Below are positions 1-9,893 of a stretch of DNA of 47,034 nucleotides, in pieces. The position numbers were made by a program, and so were the translations under genes. Positions within the stretch are counted from its first letter, which is position 1; each line of letters starts with the position of its first letter. The notes below the pieces were generated by a model that searched no databases, was not told the DNA's origin, and worked only from the letters and a program-made list of their open reading frames with translations. The DNA lies in NCBI GenBank assembly GCA_002781265.1, contig PETS01000105.1:1-47034 (forward strand). The letters are read 5' to 3'. Source of the stretch: Candidatus Falkowbacteria bacterium CG02_land_8_20_14_3_00_36_14. GTDB taxonomy: Bacteria; Patescibacteriota; Patescibacteriia; Patescibacteriales; UM-FILTER-36-11.

Positions 1-132
1 AAAGCTAATAAGTTCCTAAAGCTTGGTTTTATCCTGCTTTGCAAACTGCGATGGAAACTGAAATTTTTTGCATTTCCGATTGAGTTTAAATTAGCTAAAA
101 GGTTTGTAATAAAGTAATAACTTATCAATTTT

Positions 133-255
133 GTCATTGCGGGCTTGACCTGCAATCCAGGAGCGAGCCGCAGGGAACATTTTTATATAAATACTTAATA
201 AATAAATATTCCTTCCATTAACTCCTGGATGTCGGCTCGGGGGCCGGCATGACAG
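133..255. repeat. Inverted pair of GC-rich palindromic elements flanking an AT-rich core, directly upstream of the first GT4 gene
   Basis: Left arm is gtcattgcgggcttgacctgcaatccaggag (133-163). The reverse complement of the right arm (222-253) is gtcatgccggcccccgagccgacatccaggag. They share the gtcat... and ...atccaggag ends and are GC-rich against an AT-rich background. Same gtcatt-type family as 774-846, 38009-38193 and 44826-44939. Confidence 0.55.
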
Positions 256-267
256 ATGGATTTCAGT

Positions 268-1392
268 ATGAAAATATTAAATTTAGGCATAGACAATTCC
301 GTTTTAGATAAAAATTCTAAACTGGCTAAAAGGGCGGTTGCATACGGGGGATTGGTTGAAAAATATATTATCATTGTGCCTTTTGCGGAGGGAAAAATAG
401 TTGATTTGTCGGAAAAAGTAAAAGTTTTTGGAGTAAAAACTAAAAATAAAGTTTTCGGTTTTATTAAAATATATAATTTGGCGAAGCGTTTAATGAAAAA
501 AGAAAAAATCAATCTGATTTCCGTGCAAGATCAGTATTATTTAGGGTTTATGTCTCTGCGATTGGCCAAGAAGTTTAAGATTGGTCTGGAAATCCAGGTG
601 CACGGTTTTGAAAAGTATGGCGGTTTGCGTAAAGTGATTGCCAAATATATCCTGCCACGCGCAAATGCCGTAAGATGCGTTAGTTTACGGCTTAAAAAAG
701 AATTAATTAGTGAATTTAGAGTTAAGGAAAATAATATCACTGTAGCGCAGATATTTGTTGATATAGCTAAAATGTCATTGCGAGGAGCTTTTGCGACGAA
801 GCAATCTCGGCAAGACGCTCTAACCGGGATTGCTTTGCCTTCGACTTATAATGGCAAGGTAGTTTTTTTAACTATTGGAAGATTGGTGCCAGTTAAGAAT
901 ATTGTAATTCAAATTAAGGCGATGGTTGAGGTTATAAAAAAATTTCCTGAAGTTGAACTATGGATTATTGGTGAAGGACCAGAGAAAAATAATTTAGAAT
1001 ATATAATTAATAATTTAGAATTAAGTGAAAAAGTAAAATTATTGGGATGGCAAGGCGATTTGAGAAAATTTTATAGCCAGGCGGATGTATTTATGCTAAC
1101 TTCAAATTATGAGGGTTGGGGATTAGCGGTTATAGAGGCGGCGGCTTATGGATTGCCGATAATAATGACTGATGTCGGTTGCGCCGGGGAAGTTATAAGA
1201 AATAGAGAAAACGGAATAATAATCTCGGTTGGCGATGTAAAAAAACTAGGAGAGGCAATGGTTAAAATAATGGAAAACAAAGACTTGAGAAAAAAATTAG
1301 GAGACAGCGCCTGTGAGGCGGTTAAAAAATTGCCGAACAAGAATGAAACACTTGCTTTATATAAAAAATCTTGGGAAAAAGCTTTAAAATAA
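268..1392 (+). CDS. Glycosyltransferase family 4 (GT-B fold)
   Basis: ORF 256-1392; MKILNLG at 268 is the more typical GT4 start. C-terminal EGWGLAVIEAAAYGLPIIMTDVGCAGEVI matches the E-x7-E GT4 donor-binding motif. IGRLVPVKN is the usual start of the second Rossmann domain. Confidence 0.85.
   Translation: MKILNLGIDNSVLDKNSKLAKRAVAYGGLVEKYIIIVPFAEGKIVDLSEKVKVFGVKTKNKVFGFIKIYNLAKRLMKKEKINLISVQDQYYLGFMSLRLAKKFKIGLEIQVHGFEKYGGLRKVIAKYILPRANAVRCVSLRLKKELISEFRVKENNITVAQIFVDIAKMSLRGAFATKQSRQDALTGIALPSTYNGKVVFLTIGRLVPVKNIVIQIKAMVEVIKKFPEVELWIIGEGPEKNNLEYIINNLELSEKVKLLGWQGDLRKFYSQADVFMLTSNYEGWGLAVIEAAAYGLPIIMTDVGCAGEVIRNRENGIIISVGDVKKLGEAMVKIMENKDLRKKLGDSACEAVKKLPNKNETLALYKKSWEKALK
774..846. repeat. 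gtcattgcg-type GC-rich palindromic element lying in frame inside the GT4 coding sequence
   Basis: gtcattgcgaggagcttttgcgacgaagcaatctcgg...gggattgctttgccttcgac translates as SLRGAFATKQSRQDALTGIALPST in the interdomain linker of the GT4 protein. It is locally GC-rich. Confidence 0.5.
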
Positions 1393-1395
1393 ATT

Positions 1396-2111
1396 ATGAA
1401 AGATATAATATTACTGCCAACTTATAACGAAAAAGAAAATATAAAATTGATAATTCCGGAAATTTTTAATTTATATCCAGATATTTATATATTAGTTATA
1501 GATGACGATTCCCCTGATAAAACAGCGGAAGAAGTAAGATTTTTAATAAAAAAATATCCTATTTATCAATATTAGAAAGAAAGAAAAAAACCGGGTTGGG
1601 CGATGCTTATAAAAAAGCGATAAAAGAGGCGATTAAAAATAAAGATTTAAGGTCTATTATTACTATGGATGCCGATGGATCGCATTCGCCGCAATATCTC
1701 GGAGAAATGTTAGATAATATAAATAATTATGATGTGGTAATCGGTTCTCGTTATATTAAAGGCGGAGGCGTGGAAAATTGGGAGGTATGGAGAAGAAATT
1801 TAAGCAAGTTCGGGAATTTATATGCCAACGCATTAACTGGAATAAAGATTAGCGATTTAACTTCAGGCTTCGTTTGCTATAAGAGGGATATTTTAGAAAA
1901 AGTTGATTTTTCAAAAATTGATTCTAGCGGGTATGCTTATCAGATTGAGATGAAATATTATTTAGTAAATAATTTAAAGGTTAAATATAAAGAAGTTCCT
2001 ATAATTTTTAAAAATCGTCGGGAAGGAGAATCAAAAATTTCCAATCAGATTATCACCGAAGGCATTGTAGCCCCTTTGAAATTATTTATTAAAAAAATAT
2101 GGAAAAAATAA
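1396..2111 (+). pseudogene. Dpm1-like GT2 polyprenol-phosphate hexose synthase, disrupted by a frameshift (or an assembly error)
   Basis: Frame 1 from ATG 1396 gives MKDIILLPTYNEKENI...YILVIDDDSPDKTAEEVRFLIKKYP and stops at TAG 1573-1575. The family continues in another frame from about 1563: LSILERKKKTGLGDAYKKAI...MDADGSHSP...GSRYIKGGG...SGF. The shift lies between 1560 and 1563, next to an A7 run and an atttat stretch. Confidence 0.8.
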
Positions 2112-2974
2112 TCTGTCCGATTTGCGGATCGGATAAAAATAAATTTTTTTGTGAAAAAAATAATTATAAAATTTATTTTTGCTTCCGATGCCGAGCAGGA
2201 TTTGTTTGGCCGGTGCCGGAGACGTCAAAAGATTTATATAGTGAAAGTTATTTTATAAATGATGATAAAGTCAGCGAATTCGGATACACCGATTATGAAA
2301 AAGACAAGGAGCCGATGAAAGGGATATTTGTCAGCTATTTAAAGAAAATAGAGCAAATCACTAAAGGAAGAAAGTTAATTGATATTGGAGCGGCAACGGG
2401 TTATTTTTTGGACTTAGCCAAGGAACGCAACTGGGAAACCTTTGGCATAGAGTTATCGGAATATGCCGCTTCTCGAGCAGGAGAAAAGGGCCATAAAATG
2501 ATTGATGGCCGATTGATTGGCGAAAATATTAACGAAAAGTTTTCCGCCGTTACCATGTGGGACGTATTAGAGCATTTCAACGATCCCAAAAATGAAATTA
2601 GGAAAGCCGGCCGATTATTGGAAGCGGGCGGCGTACTGCTTTTAAACACTATTGATTTTGGAAGTTTATCTTCCCGCTTGATGGGAAGGCGATGGCATTT
2701 AATTGTGCCGCCGGAACATCTTTTTTATTTTTCGCGGAAAAGTTTGTTTTTACTCTTGGAAAGTTCAGGTTTTAAGATAATAGCGGTGGAAAAAATGGGA
2801 AAAAAATTTTCTTTTGCATATATTTTTAAAGTATTATATAATTGGCAGAAATTAATAATTTGGAAAAAATTATCTAATTATTTTAATAATAATAATTTTT
2901 CTAGGAAATTTTACATTCCGATAAATTTAAGAGATAATATTTTAATAATAGCTAAAAAAAATAAAGATGCTTAA
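2099..2974 (+). CDS. Class I SAM-dependent methyltransferase with N-terminal C4 zinc ribbon
   Basis: CPICGS...CFRC zinc ribbon; motif I IDIGAATGYFL; WDVLEHF and LLEAGGVLLL post-I motifs. Confidence 0.8.
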   Translation: MEKIICPICGSDKNKFFCEKNNYKIYFCFRCRAGFVWPVPETSKDLYSESYFINDDKVSEFGYTDYEKDKEPMKGIFVSYLKKIEQITKGRKLIDIGAATGYFLDLAKERNWETFGIELSEYAASRAGEKGHKMIDGRLIGENINEKFSAVTMWDVLEHFNDPKNEIRKAGRLLEAGGVLLLNTIDFGSLSSRLMGRRWHLIVPPEHLFYFSRKSLFLLLESSGFKIIAVEKMGKKFSFAYIFKVLYNWQKLIIWKKLSNYFNNNNFSRKFYIPINLRDNILIIAKKNKDA

Positions 2975-4673
2975 TATAATTAAAAAACATTATTTGATTT
3001 TAATTCTTGCTTTAATTGCAGGAACTTTAACGGCTTTGCCCCAAATTTTAGCGATTAAAAAAATTAATAATTTTCAAGGTATTTATAAGATTGCCAATAA
3101 TGATGAAACTTATTACTTGGCGCGAGGCAGAGATATTATTGACGGCCATAGCCATCTGGGCAACCCGTATTTATTTGAACATAAAAATGAGCAACCAGTG
3201 CAATTTTGGTTGCCGGATTATATATTAGCTAAGCCGTTGGCTATTTTTAATATTAATATTCATTATGGATATTTTTTTTATGATTTTATTTTTCCATTTG
3301 CATTGGTGCTTTTAACTTATTATATAATTTATTTATTAACCAATGAAGTATCTGTTAGTTTTTTGGGAACGGCCTTTTTGCATCTAAATTTATTTTTATA
3401 TGCCTTCGGCAGATCTCCCAGCCCCCAGTTGAATTTTTTATTTTGGCTTTTATTATTTTTATTTTGGCTTAAATTTTTATATCAATCAAATTATAAAAAT
3501 GCCTTTATTATGGGGATATTTTTCGGATTATTATTCCATATATATACTTATTATTGGACTTTTTATATTGTATTTTTTGTTATTTATATTTTAGTAAATA
3601 TAATTTTAAAACGTCATATTGAGTACAAAAAATATTTATTAGTTACATTAATCGTTTTTTGTTTTTCCATTCCTTATTTTATTTCTATGCTTAAAAGTAT
3701 TGGTTTACCATATTATATTGAGTCGCTAACTAGGATAGGAATGGTAAACACCCATTTCCCGTCCGGTAGAAAAATTTTTATGTGGGGCTTTTTAACGCTG
3801 ATTTTATTTTTTATGGCATATAAAAAAAAGGTAATAGATATAAATAATAAATCATTATTATTGCTGAGCGGAATATTAGCGGCAATAATTACGGTAAACC
3901 ATCATTTAATTACGGGTAAGAATTTGCAGTTTTCCAGCCATTATTGGATGCTAAGTGTTTTTATTTTTATTTTTACCTTAGTTTATATTATAAATTTATT
4001 ATTAGAGAAGATAAAATACAAAAAAATTAAATTAGTAATCTTGGTATTGGTTTTTTTATATATATTTTATTATCCCACAACCTATGCCATTAGTATTATT
4101 GAGGGAGACGCTATTTCTTATAGTGAAAATAGTATTAAACAGCAAAATTATGCTCCCATATTCAAATGGCTAAATGAAAATACTTATCCGGACGAGGTGG
4201 TGTTTGCCAATAATGAATTAAGTGGTTTAATACCTGTTTATACTGCCAATAATGTTTTTTATTTTGCCATGGCTGGTCTGCATTTTATGTCCGATAAGGA
4301 GTTTCAAGAAAGGTTTATACTTAATAATTATTGGCATGAGTATAACGAACAATATGCTATAGATAATAAATTTGGTATTTGGGGAGCGTATTATCAGACA
4401 AAATATGACCACGAACAAAGTAAAAATAAAATAAGAAAATTATTTTTTATTCCGCCAAAAGAATATATAAAAATTCCGCAGGAAAAGATAGATAAATTTT
4501 TAGAATTAGCCAAAGAAATTCAAAGCAATGATTTTGAAAGTCAATTAAAAAAATACAGAGTTGATTATTTAATTTGGAATAAGGCGGCCGATCCCGATTG
4601 GAAAATTAACGATCAAAAATTTTTAAGTCTTATTATTCAAGTAGACGATTTAGCTATATATAAAGTTAATTAA
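2967..4673 (+). CDS. Polytopic membrane protein, GT-C-like glycosyltransferase or polymerase candidate
   Basis: 568 aa with about 10 or more hydrophobic segments over the first 370 aa, then a soluble C-terminal domain. It sits next to the Dpm1-like GT2. No catalytic motif recognised with certainty. Confidence 0.45.
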   Translation: MLNIIKKHYLILILALIAGTLTALPQILAIKKINNFQGIYKIANNDETYYLARGRDIIDGHSHLGNPYLFEHKNEQPVQFWLPDYILAKPLAIFNINIHYGYFFYDFIFPFALVLLTYYIIYLLTNEVSVSFLGTAFLHLNLFLYAFGRSPSPQLNFLFWLLLFLFWLKFLYQSNYKNAFIMGIFFGLLFHIYTYYWTFYIVFFVIYILVNIILKRHIEYKKYLLVTLIVFCFSIPYFISMLKSIGLPYYIESLTRIGMVNTHFPSGRKIFMWGFLTLILFFMAYKKKVIDINNKSLLLLSGILAAIITVNHHLITGKNLQFSSHYWMLSVFIFIFTLVYIINLLLEKIKYKKIKLVILVLVFLYIFYYPTTYAISIIEGDAISYSENSIKQQNYAPIFKWLNENTYPDEVVFANNELSGLIPVYTANNVFYFAMAGLHFMSDKEFQERFILNNYWHEYNEQYAIDNKFGIWGAYYQTKYDHEQSKNKIRKLFFIPPKEYIKIPQEKIDKFLELAKEIQSNDFESQLKKYRVDYLIWNKAADPDWKINDQKFLSLIIQVDDLAIYKVN

Positions 4674-4674
4674 A

Positions 4675-5316
4675 ATGAAAAAAGAAATTTCTCTATTAAG
4701 AAAATTTGAGTATGAGGCGATTTCCCAAGTAAAAATTGACGGAAAAATTTTAGATTTGGGCGGAGACAGAAGATCTGGTTATCATGAGCTTATTAAAGGA
4801 GAGTATAAAATTGAAGTCGTTAATATTAATAAAGAAACTGGAGCAGATTTATGCTTTGATCTTGAAAAAGTTTTTCCTATCACGAGCGAAAGCTACGAAG
4901 CGGTTATGTGCGTTAACGTTTTAGAGCATATTTTTAATTATAAAAACGTTTTGGATGAAAGCTTTAGAATTCTTAAAAAAGGAGGGAAATTGGTCGGGGT
5001 AGTACCATTCATTTTTAACGTCCATGGCTCTCCGGATGATTATTTTCGTTTTACTGGAACAGCGCTTAAAAGGATTTTAAAAGAAGCTGGGTTTGCAGAT
5101 CTTCGCGTAGAAGAATTAGGTACTGGCATATTCAGCGTAATATTCCAGATTAAATACGGATTTTTCAGATTTATTTATTTAAGGAAATTAGCTATGAAGT
5201 TTTACATTATGCTTGATAAAATTTTAATACAGAAAATTATTAAATCTTTAAAGCCAAATAATCATTTATCGGAGAAGCATCTTCCTTTGGGTTATTTTTT
5301 CATTGCAAAGAAATAA
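4675..5316 (+). CDS. SAM-dependent methyltransferase (type 11-like)
   Basis: ILDLGGD, CVNVLEHI and LKKGGKLVGVVP motifs in the order typical of class I methyltransferases. Confidence 0.7.
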   Translation: MKKEISLLRKFEYEAISQVKIDGKILDLGGDRRSGYHELIKGEYKIEVVNINKETGADLCFDLEKVFPITSESYEAVMCVNVLEHIFNYKNVLDESFRILKKGGKLVGVVPFIFNVHGSPDDYFRFTGTALKRILKEAGFADLRVEELGTGIFSVIFQIKYGFFRFIYLRKLAMKFYIMLDKILIQKIIKSLKPNNHLSEKHLPLGYFFIAKK

Positions 5317-5318
5317 TT

Positions 5319-6485
5319 ATGAAATTAATCTACATAGTTAACGCAAAAATTCCCACAGACAAGGCTAATGGCTATCAAATATGTAAAATGTGCGAAGAAT
5401 TCGCCAAGGCCGGTTTGGAAGTTGAACTTTGGATCCCGACCAGAGAGAGCCGATTTACGCAAGATTCGTTTGAATATTACGGCCTAGAAAGAAATTTTAA
5501 AATTAAAAAAATTAAAAGTTTTGATTTTATTAAATTCCATAAGTATTTAGGTAAATATAGTTTTTGGATGCAAAGTATTGTTTATCTTTTAAAGTTGATT
5601 TTTAAAAAAGTAGACAAAGACACTATCGTTTATTCTAGAAATCCAGAAATTATTTGGCTTTTTAATTTAAAAGGATATAAAACATTTTTTGAAGTCCATC
5701 GCTGGTCAGAAACAAAGTTGTATTTTTTTGAAATTTTTATAAAAAAAGTTAATAAAGTTATAGTTGTGACAGAAGAACTTAGAAAAAAATGTATGGAGAT
5801 TGGTTTTTCCAAAGATAGGATTATAGTCGCTCCCGATGCGGTTGATTTAAAAATTTTTGATTTGGATATTTCAAAATATGACGCTCGAAAAAAATTAAAT
5901 TTACCAAATAACAAAATTATTTTGGGCTATATGGGAAGTTTCAGAACCATGGGAGAGGAGAAAGGAATAACTGAGATATTAAAATCTTTAAAAATTATTC
6001 AAAAAAAATATCCTAATATTTTTTTTCTAGCTGTCGGGGGCGGAAAAGATGATATAGAATTTTATAGAAATTTAACAAAAATTTTAGGAGTGGGAAATAG
6101 TATTTTATTACTTAGCAAAGTAATAAGATCGGATCTAGCGATTTATCAGAAGGCCTGTGATGTGCTTTTAATGCCGTTTCCCCGAACTAAACATTTCATT
6201 TATTATATGTCACCGTTAAAAATGTTTGAATATATGGCTAGTAAACGGCCAATAATAGCCACTAATTTACCTAGCATAAGAGAGGTATTAAATAGCAGTA
6301 ATTCATATTTAGTAAAACCAAATGACCAGAAAGATCTCGCGCGAGGTATTCGGGAATTATTGCAAGATGATAATTTTTCTCAAAATATATCACTTAAAGC
6401 ATTTCGAGATGTCCAAAATTATACATGGGATAAGAGGGTTAAAAAAATTATTGATTTTATAAAAAATAATAAATTAAGTTTATGA
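5319..6485 (+). CDS. Glycosyltransferase family 4
   Basis: MKLIYIV N-terminus. C-terminal LLMPFP...YYMSPLKMFEYMASKRPIIATNLPSIREVL. Paralog of 8568-9674. Confidence 0.8.
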   Translation: MKLIYIVNAKIPTDKANGYQICKMCEEFAKAGLEVELWIPTRESRFTQDSFEYYGLERNFKIKKIKSFDFIKFHKYLGKYSFWMQSIVYLLKLIFKKVDKDTIVYSRNPEIIWLFNLKGYKTFFEVHRWSETKLYFFEIFIKKVNKVIVVTEELRKKCMEIGFSKDRIIVAPDAVDLKIFDLDISKYDARKKLNLPNNKIILGYMGSFRTMGEEKGITEILKSLKIIQKKYPNIFFLAVGGGKDDIEFYRNLTKILGVGNSILLLSKVIRSDLAIYQKACDVLLMPFPRTKHFIYYMSPLKMFEYMASKRPIIATNLPSIREVLNSSNSYLVKPNDQKDLARGIRELLQDDNFSQNISLKAFRDVQNYTWDKRVKKIIDFIKNNKLSL

Positions 6486-7471
6486 AAGAAGAAAATATTC
6501 GCCCGGCTAAATTAATGGAACGGGTCGATGTATTACAAGTTGAAGACAGAAAAAAGTTGCTAAAGAAAAAAAAGGGATTTATAAAGATCGCTTGCCCGGC
6601 GTGCCAATCGAAAAAACATAAAACATTATTTAAGAAAGACGGTTTTATTTTCGTATCCTGCGAGTCGTGCGAAACAGTTTTTGTCAATCCAAGGCCAAGT
6701 TTTTTTATGTTGGCGGAATATTATGAAAAAGCCAAGAGTTGGAAATATTGGAACGATAAAATTTTTCCTGCCTCGGAAAATTCCAGGCGCAACCAAATTT
6801 TTGCCCCCAGAGCTAAAAAAGTTTCTGCTTTGTGCGACGCGTATAAAGCGAAAAAAGAAATTTTAGTTGATGTGGGAGCGGGCTTCGGAACTTTTTGCGA
6901 GGAGATAAAAAATCTTGGGGTTTTCAAAGAAGTTATCGCTGTTGAACCTTCACGTAGCCTTGCCGAAACTTGCTGTGAAAAGGGAATCAAAGTTATTGTA
7001 AAGCCGATTGAAAAAGCGAATATAAAAAAGGCGAGCGTTATCACTAATTTTGAATTGATTGAACATCTTTTTTGGCCTAAGGATTTTTTGCTGGGTTGCG
7101 CAAGAAATTTATCGCGAGGAGGGTTGATTATAATCACTACCCCCAATATAAAAGGTTTTGATTTACTGACGCTTGGAAAATTTTCCGAGAATATCAGCGC
7201 TCCAAACCATTTAAATTACTTTAATATTGATTCGCTAGGGTATTTATTAAAACAATGCGGCTTTAAAATTATTGAATCGTTAACGCCAGGTAAGTTAGAT
7301 TCTGAACTTGTTAGAAAAAAGATTATTAACGGTTCATTCAATGTCTCTATAAATTCTTTTTTAAAGTATATTCTTATAGATACTTGGGATAAGAATGGTG
7401 ATAGTTTCCAGAAATTTTTAGAGAATAACAATCTTTCTTCACACATGTGGATTGTGGCTAAGAAATTATAA
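6482..7471 (+). CDS. SAM-dependent methyltransferase with N-terminal zinc ribbon
   Basis: CPACQS...CESC ribbon; VDVGAGFGTF motif I; NFELIEHL; LSRGGLIIITTP. Same architecture as 2099-2974. Start overlaps the upstream stop (ATGA). Confidence 0.8.
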   Translation: MKEENIRPAKLMERVDVLQVEDRKKLLKKKKGFIKIACPACQSKKHKTLFKKDGFIFVSCESCETVFVNPRPSFFMLAEYYEKAKSWKYWNDKIFPASENSRRNQIFAPRAKKVSALCDAYKAKKEILVDVGAGFGTFCEEIKNLGVFKEVIAVEPSRSLAETCCEKGIKVIVKPIEKANIKKASVITNFELIEHLFWPKDFLLGCARNLSRGGLIIITTPNIKGFDLLTLGKFSENISAPNHLNYFNIDSLGYLLKQCGFKIIESLTPGKLDSELVRKKIINGSFNVSINSFLKYILIDTWDKNGDSFQKFLENNNLSSHMWIVAKKL

Positions 7472-7482
7472 TTATATAATTT

Positions 7483-8571
7483 ATGAAATTACTTATTTTA
7501 ACACAAAAGGTTGATATTAACGATGATTTATTGGGTTTTATGCATGATTGGATATTAAAATTTGCTGAACATTGCTCTTCTGTAGTAGTAATTTGCTTGG
7601 AGAAGGGTGAATACAAATTGCCTATCAATGTTAGAATTTTATCATTAGGCAAAGAAGAGGTTGGAGGTTGCAATTTGAAAATTTGGAAAAGATTTATTTA
7701 TTTGGTTAGATTTTATAAATATATTTGGTCAGAGAGAGGCAATTATGACGCTATTTTTACACACATGAATAAAGAATATATTATTTTGGGCTGGGCGTTA
7801 TGGGAGCTATGGGGTAAAAAGATAGGTCTTTGGTACGCCCATGGTTATGCCCCTCTTAGTTTAAAAATAGCAGAGAAGTTAACTGATTTTATTTTTACTT
7901 CTACGAAAAGTGGTTGCAGATTAAAAAGTAATAAGATAAATATTATAGGTCAAGGAATTAATGTTAATAAATTTAAGGTAAGTGGGAAAGAGGTTAATAA
8001 AGGTGAAAAATTTCAAATTATAAGTGTTGGTAGGATTTCTCCGTCAAAAAATTATGAAACCTTGATAGCCGCGATTGAAGTTTTGATTAGCAACAATTTT
8101 AAAATGCAAGTGGATATTATAGGCGATGTAGGTATAAAGGAGCAACAGCAATATTTCAATGATTTAAAGGAAATTATTAAAGATAAGTTTTTAGATGAAT
8201 CGATAAAGTTTTTAGGGTCAGTACCAAATAAAGATGTTGTAAATTTTTTACAAAACGCTGATTTATTTGTAAATATGAGTTATACTGGAAGTTTGGATAA
8301 AGCCGTTTTGGAGGCGATGGCTTGCGAAGTGCCAGTTTTAACTTGCAATGAAGCATTTGAAGAAATAATGGGTAAGTATAAGAAAATTTTAATGTACCCC
8401 AAAAAAGATTATAAGCAATTAGCCGAGAAAATTAAGTTTATTATTAGTACTTCTTCGGAGGAGCGACATATTATTGGCGTTGATTTAAGAAGCATAGTAG
8501 TCGATAATCATAGTAGCGAGCAATTAATCAATAAAATCATATCGTTTTATAATTTCGACAAGTTATTATGA
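7483..8571 (+). CDS. Glycosyltransferase family 4
   Basis: ISVGRISPSKN at the start of the second domain; GSLDKAVLEAMACEVPVLT is E-x7-E-like. Confidence 0.75.
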   Translation: MKLLILTQKVDINDDLLGFMHDWILKFAEHCSSVVVICLEKGEYKLPINVRILSLGKEEVGGCNLKIWKRFIYLVRFYKYIWSERGNYDAIFTHMNKEYIILGWALWELWGKKIGLWYAHGYAPLSLKIAEKLTDFIFTSTKSGCRLKSNKINIIGQGINVNKFKVSGKEVNKGEKFQIISVGRISPSKNYETLIAAIEVLISNNFKMQVDIIGDVGIKEQQQYFNDLKEIIKDKFLDESIKFLGSVPNKDVVNFLQNADLFVNMSYTGSLDKAVLEAMACEVPVLTCNEAFEEIMGKYKKILMYPKKDYKQLAEKIKFIISTSSEERHIIGVDLRSIVVDNHSSEQLINKIISFYNFDKLL

Positions 8572-9674
8572 AATTAATTTACTGCACATCAATCGCGTTA
8601 TCAAATAAATTGGCCAATAGAGCGCAAGTTTATTCTATGGCCAAACAATTCCAGAAAAAAATGGGAGAATTTTTTTTCTTGGGAGTTAATTACACCAATA
8701 TAGATGATCGGAAGCTGAATATCATTTGTTTTAATAATAGAAAAAGTTATATTTTAGCGTGGAAATACATAAAATTCATAAAAAATAATAAGATAGATTA
8801 TATTTATTGTCGCGAAGCCAGATTACTTTTTTTTATTATATTATATAGCAAATTATTTCTAAGGTTTAAATTAATATTTACTTATGAGGTTCACTCTTTC
8901 TTTCAGAGAAACATGATTGACGAATTAGTTGATAGATTTTTGTCGCGTTATGTAAATAATTTTATTTTTGTTACTAAAAATCTTGCAGATAGATATATTA
9001 TTAAATATTCAATAAGTAAAAATAAGACCTTAGTATCGCCGGACGGCGTTGATCTGGAAATTTTTAATATTAATTTATCAAAGGAAGGCGCTCGTAAAAA
9101 ATTAGGATTGCCATTTGATAAAAAAATTATTATTTATACGGGGAAATTTAAAACCATGGGAATGGACAAAGGAATAAATGATATTTTAAAAGTTTTAAAA
9201 ATTATAAACGATAATAATTTATTATTCGTAGCGGTGGGCGGTTCAAAAAATGAACTAGATTATTATAATAAATTAGCCAATCAGCTGAATACTCAGGAGA
9301 AAGTTAAATTATTTGGCATGACTACTCAAGATAACCTTGCTATTTATCAAAAGGCGGCCGATGCTTTACTTATGCCTTTTCCCCATAATACCCATTATGC
9401 TTATTATATGTCGCCTTTAAAAATGTTTGAATATATGGCGAGTAAGCAGCCGATTATCGCCTCAGATCTGCCGTCCATTAGGGAAGTTTTAAACAAAAAT
9501 AATTCAATAATAGTCAAACCAGAAAGACCGGACGAATTGGCTAAAGGCGTGAAGATAGCTTTGGAAGATAAAAATTTAGTTAAAAAAATAACCGAGCAGG
9601 CATTTCAAGACGTAGGACGATATACATGGAAGATAAGGGTAGAAGATATTTTGGAATTTATAAAATGTGTATAA
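8568..9674 (+). CDS. Glycosyltransferase family 4 (paralog of 5319-6485)
   Basis: LLMPFPHNTHYAYYMSPLKMFEYMASKQPIIASDLPSIREVLN is nearly identical in pattern to the 5319-6485 protein. ATGA overlap with the upstream gene. Confidence 0.8.
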   Translation: MKLIYCTSIALSNKLANRAQVYSMAKQFQKKMGEFFFLGVNYTNIDDRKLNIICFNNRKSYILAWKYIKFIKNNKIDYIYCREARLLFFIILYSKLFLRFKLIFTYEVHSFFQRNMIDELVDRFLSRYVNNFIFVTKNLADRYIIKYSISKNKTLVSPDGVDLEIFNINLSKEGARKKLGLPFDKKIIIYTGKFKTMGMDKGINDILKVLKIINDNNLLFVAVGGSKNELDYYNKLANQLNTQEKVKLFGMTTQDNLAIYQKAADALLMPFPHNTHYAYYMSPLKMFEYMASKQPIIASDLPSIREVLNKNNSIIVKPERPDELAKGVKIALEDKNLVKKITEQAFQDVGRYTWKIRVEDILEFIKCV

Positions 9675-9736
9675 CTTTTTAACTTATTTCAAATTTTGTT
9701 AAAATTAGCAAAGTTATTCATTTAATTTAATATATA

Positions 9737-9774
9737 TTGACACCCATTGACACTTTTTGACACTTTGCTATACT
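9737..9774 (+). promoter_or_regulatory. Three phased TTGACAC direct repeats plus a sigma70-like promoter
   Basis: ttgacac occurs at 9737, 9747 and 9757, exactly 10 bp apart. The second copy, a 16-nt spacer and tatact (9769-9774) form a -35/-10 pair, about 140 nt upstream of the HTH gene. Confidence 0.45.
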
Positions 9775-9864
9775 TAAAGATGAATTCCACTCCTCTAAAT
9801 ATTTTTTAAAAAGATATAAGGTTTATGACGACAAATTTTATAAAAAAATTGAATAAAATAAAAA

Positions 9865-9893
9865 ATGCCATTTCCCTTTTTGGGAAATGGCAT
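9865..9893 (+). promoter_or_regulatory. Perfect 12-bp stem-loop in the leader of the HTH gene
   Basis: atgccatttccc-ttttt-gggaaatggcat, followed by tattcgtatt, about 23 nt before ATG 9917. Confidence 0.45.

Noticed and set aside
1-117. Open frame at the left window edge (…KANKFLKLGFILLCKLRWKLKFFAFPIEFKLAKRFVIK, stop at 115-117)
   Set aside because: It may be the 3' end of an upstream gene, but 38 codons with no recognisable motif are not enough to support a call.
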